DNA from: a virus
Lineage: Duplodnaviria > Caudoviricetes
Direction: 5' to 3' (one strand)
Length of the DNA stretch: 61,581 nucleotides
Virus record (IMG/VR): IMGVR_UViG_3300046368_001160
Span: 1 to 61,581 of that record
Shown: positions 48,422 to 55,818 of the stretch, one piece after another
Layout of the letters: every line of letters starts with the position of its first letter
How positions within the stretch are numbered: the stretch's first letter is position 1
Position numbers and translations under genes: made by a program
The notes under the pieces: model-generated
Seen by the model: the letters and a program-made list of their open reading frames with translations, nothing else
Database searches by the model: none
What the model was told of the DNA's origin: nothing

Positions 48422-49467
48422 TCCTTTTCTCCTTTGAATTTCAATGTTCTGATGTGATGGAAATATTTTGACATTTGATTTCTACTAAGATTTAAACTTT
48501 CTACTAATCTAGATAACACTGCAAGATTTCTTTTTTCATTTAAATTAAACTTGTTTATAACATGAATAGAACGACTGAGGTGTCTTTCTAAATCCATTGG
48601 TAGCACTACATTCTCCATAGATACCATATCAAGTTCTTCAGTCATACGATTTCGTTTATCACCACTCTTAGTCATTTTATCGTGTTTCATCATTAAGGTA
48701 ATCCATTGTTTGCCAATGGGATTCTTAATTGGTTTTCCGATGAACCGTGCAGTTGCTTTTAATATAAAAGGAGCAAGATTAAGTTTACCTGGTTTTGTTT
48801 TGCTTCTTAAATCTTCAGAGTTATCAATGATCGTGAAATTTTGCTTGAATACACTTTGAAATTTTCCCATATTCTTTTGAACATCTTTCCATATAACATC
48901 CACAATTTTACGTGGAAGTTTTCTTGCACGAAAAGCATTTCGTTGTTGTGCAACTTCAAGTGTTGTATTAACGAATACCATGTAACAATCATATCCAAGT
49001 TTTTCCAACTCTTTCTTTTGCTTGGATATTTTAGCATAATCATCACCTGTTCCATCAATAATTACACCCAACCTACCATTCTTGTAATTTTCGTATTGTT
49101 TAAGCATAATGTTTTTAGCACGTGACCTAATTGAATTTGGATCGTCACTTGTTATTTTTTGAAAAACTTCATCATCCAACGAACCCAAATCTAAACTATG
49201 ACCTGCTTTTTTTAATAGATACTCAAAAGAACTATCACTATTTACGATTTTTAAACCAGACGATGTTAATGACTTTGTCTCAGGTGTCGTATTAAAAACG
49301 GTATCTACAACTGCTGATTTACCGGATCCAGGACCTCCTGCTAGAAATACTGCTTTTAAAATACCAGGATCATACACTCCTTCTACAAGAGTAAAGTATC
49401 CCTTACGAAGACCAGCCTGGATAAGACTTTCTTCTTGGACTTCTTGTTTTTCTTCGGAATTACTCAT
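48418..49467 (-). CDS. P-loop kinase (zeta-toxin/AAA_33-like)
   Basis: KAVFLAGGPGSGKS, IVNSD, IIDGTG, MVFVNTTLEVAQQRNAFRAR, IIDNS. Confidence 0.8.
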   Translation of the reverse strand: MSNSEEKQEVQEESLIQAGLRKGYFTLVEGVYDPGILKAVFLAGGPGSGKSAVVDTVFNTTPETKSLTSSGLKIVNSDSSFEYLLKKAGHSLDLGSLDDEVFQKITSDDPNSIRSRAKNIMLKQYENYKNGRLGVIIDGTGDDYAKISKQKKELEKLGYDCYMVFVNTTLEVAQQRNAFRARKLPRKIVDVIWKDVQKNMGKFQSVFKQNFTIIDNSEDLRSKTKPGKLNLAPFILKATARFIGKPIKNPIGKQWITLMMKHDKMTKSGDKRNRMTEELDMVSMENVVLPMDLERHLSRSIHVINKFNLNEKRNLAVLSRLVESLNLSRNQMSKYFHHIRTLKFKGEKD

Positions 49468-49487
49468 AAATACACTTCGGGTACATA

Positions 49488-49495
49488 ATAAATAT
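49488..49495 (-). promoter_or_regulatory. ATATTTAT putative late promoter (kinase/NTase-ligase operon)
   Basis: 20 nt before ATG 49467, after the sbcC stop. Confidence 0.55.
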
Positions 49496-49510
49496 ATATC
49501 TAAATATGTT

Positions 49511-52111
49511 TTATGATGTGTATTTTATCTTACTAAAAGAACCTTCTTTTTGAATTTCTATAATCTCGTCCACCATATCTCTCATTACATCCAAATGACT
49601 TATAACCATTATGAACTCAAACTGCCCCTTTAAATAGGTAAACAAATTAAATACACTACTTATGTTGTCTCCGTCTAACGAACCCCACCCCTCGTCAATA
49701 ACAAGGAAATTAGAACGAGGAAGACTACTAACATTGATAAGTGCAACACGCATTGCAATACTGCTAATGAAACGTTCCATTCCACTACACATTTCTAAAG
49801 GCCAATGACGATCTTCATATGTAATCTTTGAATAGATGTGTTTTCCGTCCATTTCAAGTTGCATACCAAAATCAACAATCTGAGAAAGAATATTATTAAC
49901 TTCACTTTCAATGCTTGGAATTGTTTTGGAAATAAGTTCATATGAAATACCATCTCGTTTAACTGCGTCTAGATATAATTCGTAACCACGTTTTTTTCGT
50001 TCGTATCCCTTTGCTTCTTCAATTGACGCAAGTATATCTTCGTGTTCTTTTTCAACAATCTTTACTTCCCCAAATAAAGTTTGAAGCTTCTCGGTTTCAA
50101 TATTTGCTATATTGTTTATGTTGATTAACTCGTTCTGAATTTTATCTACATCTACTTGCAGTTTTTTATTAAACTCTATGATGTCCTTGCATTCGTAATA
50201 TGATTCTATATTTTTATCGTTAATAACAATATCCTTTTCCAACGATTCTATCATACTAGATAGTGCAAGCACCTTAGAGTCTGCTTCGTTTATTTCGTAA
50301 GTAAGTTGAGTTGTTGTAGATTTTAACTCACCTAGTTTTTCATAATTGGATTCAACATCCTTACATTCATCTAGTATTTTTAACAATTCATTTTTTTGTG
50401 TTACAAGATCATCAGCAGCTGCTTTATCTTTATCAAGTTCTTCTTTTGTTTGCGAAGCACTTTCTATAAGATTTTTTGAATTAGTTACGCAAAACTTACA
50501 TTCAGGATCATACTCATGACAATCGTAGTGTTTGAGTTTGTCTAATTTAGCATTTACAGAGGTACGAAGAACTGCTAAGTCTTTTTCAACCAACGTTATT
50601 TCTTCACGTATTTTTAAAACCTCAACATACCTGTCCTCTGTACCATCCAGTGCAGACAACTCGGTTGATTTAGTTTTTCTGTTCGTTACCAATTGTTTTT
50701 TTCTATCAGATTCACTGTTTCTATTTTCTTTAGCAACTTCTAGTCGTTCTTGTAAATTCTTTTTATTAAATTCTAGTTTATCTATATCCACCGATGATTC
50801 GTCAAAAGAACAATTCTTAAATTGAGAGTTTTTATCTGATAATTGTTTATTGAAACGTTTTTGCTCAAGTAGTGCCAAATTAGTTTTACTATCCTGTTCA
50901 GTATATCTAGTTTTAACATCCTCAAGTTTTTCTTGGGTATCGGATAATGTTTCATCAAAATCTTCACGATTAAATCGTTTCAACAAAGCATTAATTTCCT
51001 TAATGTCTTCGGATGCGGTTGAATGTAGTTGATCAAATGTATCAATGCCCATGAACTGAGCAAGCAGGTCCTTTCTTTCACTTTGACTTTTGTCTATAAA
51101 AATCGCATTGTTATTTTGCAAACTAAGTGCAGTAAGAACAAAGTCATCATACGAACCAACATGATCACGAATAGCCGCATTTGTTCCCGCTCGTTGTTCT
51201 CCGTTCAAAGATAATTGCTGACCATCTTCATCTAACTTCCAGAAATCAACAACAACGGTAACATCTCCATTTTTTTTAGTAGTTGCAGTTCTATCTATGT
51301 AATAATTTACTCCTGATATTTCAAAATTTAATTTACAATAAAAAGAATCTGTTTGTGTGTTCAATACATGAGCAGCCTTGAATGCACGATCACATTTGTC
51401 AAAGAGACAGAAACTCAAAGCACTCATAACACTACTTTTACCACTTGCATTAGACGCAAACAATCCCATAACACTTTTCATATTAGAAAAGTCAACAATG
51501 TTACCATCTCCGTAACTAAACATATTTCCAAACTCAAATTTCTTTGGTTTCCAAATACAATTTCTAAGTGTTTCTTTTATTATGAGTTTTTCGTTTATTT
51601 CTTTGTTTATATCAAGTGCGGTTTTAACTTGTTCATCTTCCACCACAAAATTACGTCTTAAATAATCTTCTATTAAATCATTCTGAACCTGGACTAACGA
51701 TATATCACCGAAGTCAAATTTGTTGTCACGATCATATTTTTTTGCTTCTGATATTGCGTCACATCGTGTTACATTTAAATCTGTAATGTTGGTTTGCTTG
51801 CGAATTTCAGCAATGATTTCTTTAGTTTCTGTTGCAGTTGTGTTAAATACCTTTACACGCAATCTTGCTTTTTTTGGAAGTTGACTTAAATCACTTACAC
51901 ACTTTCCGTCACGAACTTCTATTGTATAATACCCATAATCGTTTTGGACTTCGTGGTGGGTATGTGTTCTATTTGGAATGTCCCACATAACATATCCATG
52001 ACCGACTGGTTTTTCACCATGATTTTGTTGAATCATACTTCCCGAATAAACCACGACAGGTTTATTTGCGTTGTGTCGTTTTACCTTTATATACTCTTCT
52101 TTATCTTCCAT
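49511..52111 (-). CDS. sbcC: SbcC/Rad50 (gp46-like) ATPase with N-terminal C-fragment of SbcD
   Basis: Walker A ASNASGKSS, Q-loop SLQNN, Zn-hook CKFC, signature CSGME, Walker B/D-loop IDEGWGSLD, ISH; starts with VVVYSGSMIQQNHGE, the SbcD YxGS segment. Confidence 0.9.
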   Translation of the reverse strand: MEDKEEYIKVKRHNANKPVVVYSGSMIQQNHGEKPVGHGYVMWDIPNRTHTHHEVQNDYGYYTIEVRDGKCVSDLSQLPKKARLRVKVFNTTATETKEIIAEIRKQTNITDLNVTRCDAISEAKKYDRDNKFDFGDISLVQVQNDLIEDYLRRNFVVEDEQVKTALDINKEINEKLIIKETLRNCIWKPKKFEFGNMFSYGDGNIVDFSNMKSVMGLFASNASGKSSVMSALSFCLFDKCDRAFKAAHVLNTQTDSFYCKLNFEISGVNYYIDRTATTKKNGDVTVVVDFWKLDEDGQQLSLNGEQRAGTNAAIRDHVGSYDDFVLTALSLQNNNAIFIDKSQSERKDLLAQFMGIDTFDQLHSTASEDIKEINALLKRFNREDFDETLSDTQEKLEDVKTRYTEQDSKTNLALLEQKRFNKQLSDKNSQFKNCSFDESSVDIDKLEFNKKNLQERLEVAKENRNSESDRKKQLVTNRKTKSTELSALDGTEDRYVEVLKIREEITLVEKDLAVLRTSVNAKLDKLKHYDCHEYDPECKFCVTNSKNLIESASQTKEELDKDKAAADDLVTQKNELLKILDECKDVESNYEKLGELKSTTTQLTYEINEADSKVLALSSMIESLEKDIVINDKNIESYYECKDIIEFNKKLQVDVDKIQNELININNIANIETEKLQTLFGEVKIVEKEHEDILASIEEAKGYERKKRGYELYLDAVKRDGISYELISKTIPSIESEVNNILSQIVDFGMQLEMDGKHIYSKITYEDRHWPLEMCSGMERFISSIAMRVALINVSSLPRSNFLVIDEGWGSLDGDNISSVFNLFTYLKGQFEFIMVISHLDVMRDMVDEIIEIQKEGSFSKIKYTS

Positions 52112-52985
52112 ATGATATAATCTTCAAAATTTCGTCTCCAACTTCTTGATCAGTTAAATTAGGATCAAGGTGTATATGACCTCCTGACGGAAAATACTTA
52201 CGAGGTCCTAGGAATGGTTCTATATAAGTTTTATTTTTATCTACCTTAGTACCATTGGGTCCATACACACCGTGAATGTAATCAGTTGTTATTATTGTAC
52301 GTGTTCCAATTGCAGAACTTAAATTGGTAAGACATCCTTCTGGACCAATTACATAATCAGAATTTTTAATTAAACTTGCGGTAAAACTAAATTTGCTTGC
52401 TGAGTTTATACTTGGAAACTTTTTAGAATCCTTAGACTCAATCCCTATCGCAAATAGCATAATTTGTTCATTGCCTCGCAGTGATTCAATTATTGAATGA
52501 GCATTTCGTGTAATTGGTCTATCAGTTGAATTATTTAATGGGAAACTTTTTCTATCCCAGTCCATTACATAACAAACTTTTATTATGTCAGAATTCCAAT
52601 ACTCAATTTCAACAAGTTCCTTCATACTGCACTCGATTGAATAATCACTTACGGGATTTGTAAAAATCTCAAAGGTATCGTTGAAACTTTTAATATTGCA
52701 CATTCTTTGGTATTGAGAAACTACTGATGTGGAAAGATTTAATTCATGACTACTTTTATTTATGTCAAAAATATCAGTATAACCACTACCCGAATCTTTA
52801 TAGTAAACTTTGTCAATGTATGGGTTGTTATTCAAAAGTTCAAGTGGTTGTAAATAATTTACATTAAAATCAAGTTGACATGATGTTTCCCACGGAGATT
52901 CTTCTTTTATTTTTTTAGCAACACTACTTGCAAATAAAATATCACCGATATCCAAGTCAATACAATTTATTAAAATCTTAGTCAT
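52101..52985 (-). CDS. GT9-like (heptosyltransferase-fold) glycosyltransferase
   Basis: IGDILFASSV...ELLNNNPYIDKV...TASLIKNSDYVIGPEGCLTNLSSAIGTRTI matches the GT9/RfaF pattern; start MTKILI at 52985 overlaps the sbcD stop. Confidence 0.7.
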   Translation of the reverse strand: MTKILINCIDLDIGDILFASSVAKKIKEESPWETSCQLDFNVNYLQPLELLNNNPYIDKVYYKDSGSGYTDIFDINKSSHELNLSTSVVSQYQRMCNIKSFNDTFEIFTNPVSDYSIECSMKELVEIEYWNSDIIKVCYVMDWDRKSFPLNNSTDRPITRNAHSIIESLRGNEQIMLFAIGIESKDSKKFPSINSASKFSFTASLIKNSDYVIGPEGCLTNLSSAIGTRTIITTDYIHGVYGPNGTKVDKNKTYIEPFLGPRKYFPSGGHIHLDPNLTDQEVGDEILKIISYGR

Positions 52986-53682
52986 TACACACATCCCACC
53001 CATCTAATTTATATGAATCTAATTTACTTTTTGGTATAAATCTATGTTCTGTTTTGTACTCCTGTAAAACTTGGTATTTGTGAATATCACCGAGCATGAC
53101 AATATCATATCCATCAAATTGTGGAAGTGTTAAATCTCCCCCAACTACAATATAACCAATATCGGTTGTACTTCTTCTTATTGCCCCGTGATAAACTGCA
53201 ATCTTTGTGTTAATTGATGGATCATCAATTTCATTGCCGTGTATGTATTCAGATGGTTCTTCAAATATACCAAATACACTTATCGCAACATCACCGATTT
53301 TATATACACCGGTGTCTTTTAAATAAAATAAATTATTATCATCCATCATATTCATAATCGGAGATAAAACATCAAGACGGTCTGGATTGTTTAAATTGCA
53401 ATCATGATTACCTGCAATTACAACGGTAGGATGTAACTGAGAACACTTACGAAGAAATGATGAAATTTGCTGAATAAGTTCCGGTGACATCTCTGTTTTG
53501 GCATGAGCAATATCTCCTCCAACAAAGATAATAGCATTATCAAGATTGTCTTTTTTAACTTGTTCATAAAAATTATCAAAAACAGCTGAATACTCTGTGT
53601 GTCGTTTTACATTGCGAATATGTATATCAGCAAGGTGATATACTTTCTCAATATTTTTTAAACTTGATTTTAAGTTATGCAT
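52978..53682 (-). CDS. sbcD: SbcD/Mre11 (gp47-like) metallophosphoesterase, N-terminal part
   Basis: motifs HLADIH, VGGDIAH, IAGNHD, AVYHG, MLGDIHK; ends before the YxGS motif. Confidence 0.88.
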   Translation of the reverse strand: MHNLKSSLKNIEKVYHLADIHIRNVKRHTEYSAVFDNFYEQVKKDNLDNAIIFVGGDIAHAKTEMSPELIQQISSFLRKCSQLHPTVVIAGNHDCNLNNPDRLDVLSPIMNMMDDNNLFYLKDTGVYKIGDVAISVFGIFEEPSEYIHGNEIDDPSINTKIAVYHGAIRRSTTDIGYIVVGGDLTLPQFDGYDIVMLGDIHKYQVLQEYKTEHRFIPKSKLDSYKLDGWDVCND

Positions 53683-54599
53683 AACTTTTGCTTCATTAAC
53701 TCACTAAAATCAAGAAGATTGGTTTCTCTAATTTTATGAATAATTTTGTTAAATCCTAAATCAGCAGCGTCTTCATTTTCCATTCTTACCAATTTTACTT
53801 TTATATTATCGTTCATTAAAGTTTCTGATATGTGTAGTGCATTTTTATATGCATCATTATCTAATACAATACTGACTTCTTTTACACCATGTTCTATTAA
53901 ACGCATTTTAAGTTTGCTTGGAATATTTTTTCCGAGTAAAGCAATTGCATTTCTACGAATTGCCATCGCATCAAATACACCTTCGCATAAAATCAAAGGT
54001 TCAGAGAAATCTATTTGGTTTTCGAATACTACTACATCTTTGCTCACAGGTGGGTTCTTATACTTCAAATAAGCATTACCTGTAAAATCTCTTGCAAGAA
54101 AGTAATTTAATTTGTTGTCTGCATCAAATGAAGGAACAATGATTCTTCCTGCATAATCTCCTTTGTCGCAATATCCTATATCATATCGTTCAATGTCGTA
54201 TGATTCAATTCCACGATTTTTTAAATACTTCATTGCTTTAGAATAAGAAAAATCAGTATGTGTTTCGGTCAATCTTTTAAATTCATAAGGCAACGATACA
54301 AATTGTTCTTCAGTATCTGCAAGTTTGGTATTTTTTGGAAGTTTGACAATCTTTGATAACTCTGCAAAATAATTGCTTGGAACTTGCATTCTTTTGAATA
54401 ACGAAAAGATGCTACGACCTTTGGCATTTGTATCAATCCAACTTTGCCACCTTTGCGTTGTAAGATTAACTGCCAACTTTGGTTTACGGTGATGAGAAAA
54501 CGGACACACAAACATTGCTTCGTCTTTAGAGACGATTTTACCTTCACCTAGCACCTTCTGCAACAAGGCATATAACTTTTGCTCGGAAATCCCCATCAA
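53670..54599 (-). CDS. DNA primase (TOPRIM, DnaG-like)
   Basis: RIIVPSFD...YFLARDF...KYKNP...ILCEGVFDAM...IVLDND...EDAAD; degenerate N-terminal Zn-finger region CPFSHH. Confidence 0.9.
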   Translation of the reverse strand: MMGISEQKLYALLQKVLGEGKIVSKDEAMFVCPFSHHRKPKLAVNLTTQRWQSWIDTNAKGRSIFSLFKRMQVPSNYFAELSKIVKLPKNTKLADTEEQFVSLPYEFKRLTETHTDFSYSKAMKYLKNRGIESYDIERYDIGYCDKGDYAGRIIVPSFDADNKLNYFLARDFTGNAYLKYKNPPVSKDVVVFENQIDFSEPLILCEGVFDAMAIRRNAIALLGKNIPSKLKMRLIEHGVKEVSIVLDNDAYKNALHISETLMNDNIKVKLVRMENEDAADLGFNKIIHKIRETNLLDFSELMKQKLCIT

Positions 54600-55126
54600 T
54601 TGTCAATAGTATACCAATGATATAGCGATGCTACCGTTGCGTCCAACATATCGTAGTTCCTTTTATCATAATTTTTTCTACTATTATAGACAATAAATTC
54701 ATTTAAATCAATCTTTTTTTCAAGTTGTTCACGTACAAAAGTCTTACTATCAACTCCTTGTTCACGACTTTTTCCGAATACGGCCTTGCGAAGAGAAGAC
54801 ACATTTACGTGTTCTACGTCCAATTCATACAATGCTTCTATTACGTAACTTATTACTGCATTGCACTTTGCCAACTTGACAATAGTCTGTTGACTTGTTC
54901 GTCCACCACCAAATCCACTTAATGTATCTTCAACTATGATTACTGAAGGTTCTATATCTAGTTTATCTAGTATTTCAGCAACATTATGTGCCTTTTGCTT
55001 GATACTGATTTCTTTACGAATATCAATGTATCCAGCATGAGTTACTTTATTTTTAGAAGAGGATACACTATAACCTACTACAGTTGAACTAATATCCAAT
55101 CCTAAACAATAGGATTTATTTTGCAT
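54596..55126 (-). CDS. RuvC-like Holliday junction resolvase
   Basis: CLGLDISSTVVGY, IIVED, DMLDA acidic RNase H-fold motifs; ATGA overlap with primase. Confidence 0.8.
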   Translation of the reverse strand: MQNKSYCLGLDISSTVVGYSVSSSKNKVTHAGYIDIRKEISIKQKAHNVAEILDKLDIEPSVIIVEDTLSGFGGGRTSQQTIVKLAKCNAVISYVIEALYELDVEHVNVSSLRKAVFGKSREQGVDSKTFVREQLEKKIDLNEFIVYNSRKNYDKRNYDMLDATVASLYHWYTIDN

Positions 55127-55133
55127 AACCTAT

Positions 55134-55162
55134 ATGTTATGCGTCTTGTGTTAAAAAAGCAA
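55134..55162 (-). promoter_or_regulatory. sigma70-like promoter of the recombination/replication operon
   Basis: TTGCTT (55162-55157), 17 nt, TAACAT (55139-55134), 7 nt to ATG 55126. Confidence 0.5.
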
Positions 55163-55171
55163 GACTAAATA

Positions 55172-55765
55172 TTAGAGTTTGCTTTGACCTCCGTCTCCAC
55201 CACTTCTAGCATTGTCCTTACCACCATCAGTACGACCTCGTGAACTTTTGCTTCTACCACCCAGACCTGTCATTGTAGTTCCGTATTTTGCCGGATTGTC
55301 AAGACCTTGTGTATACCAACTTGCCATTGCCAAACTTTTTACTCCGGCTGCATTTGAACCATAGTCGTGGTCTGTCATTGGTACACGATAAGTTGTAAAA
55401 CCTTTAATCTCAATTGATCCTTTTTGTTTTGGTGCTTGTTTACCACGACCGTCTCCACCTGCTACATTCTCAGATCCAGTTGCTGATTGTCCTTGTGATC
55501 CACCACGTGCTTGTACATTGCCACGACCAAATCCGAAGAAACTTTGACCACCTTCAGTTCTGTTCATGCCCTTACCAATTTGATCATTCAAACCAGGTGA
55601 CTTTGCTCCTGCTGGTATATTACCACCACCCATTGCGGTATAAATACTTCCTTTTGCGTTTGCGTATAAGTCTTCAAGACCTTTGCCATGATCAATAGAC
55701 CAACGTCCACTTGAATTGTTAAGTGTTTTTGATCTTGCGTCTGCTGTTTTTGCATCTAAACTCAT
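55172..55765 (-). CDS. Gly-rich, probably disordered hypothetical protein
   Basis: 197 aa; GGAGA RBS; ATATTTAT at 55798-55805. Confidence 0.65.
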   Translation of the reverse strand: MSLDAKTADARSKTLNNSSGRWSIDHGKGLEDLYANAKGSIYTAMGGGNIPAGAKSPGLNDQIGKGMNRTEGGQSFFGFGRGNVQARGGSQGQSATGSENVAGGDGRGKQAPKQKGSIEIKGFTTYRVPMTDHDYGSNAAGVKSLAMASWYTQGLDNPAKYGTTMTGLGGRSKSSRGRTDGGKDNARSGGDGGQSKL

Positions 55766-55818
55766 TTTATTTTTCTCCGATTAATAGGTTATTATTCATA
55801 AATATCAAGCCAACTTGC

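Noticed and set aside
48418-49467. Zeta toxin-antitoxin module
   Set aside because: Only the generic P-loop kinase fold is supported; there is no small upstream epsilon-like partner, and the context is a late head-associated operon
52060-53060. Split intein or self-splicing intron at the SbcD break (KRHN near the start of the C-fragment)
   Set aside because: HN is followed by Ala rather than Cys/Ser/Thr, the N-fragment tail is too short for an IntN and lacks block A, no homing endonuclease is present, and the intervening gene is tightly coupled with no room for ribozyme structure
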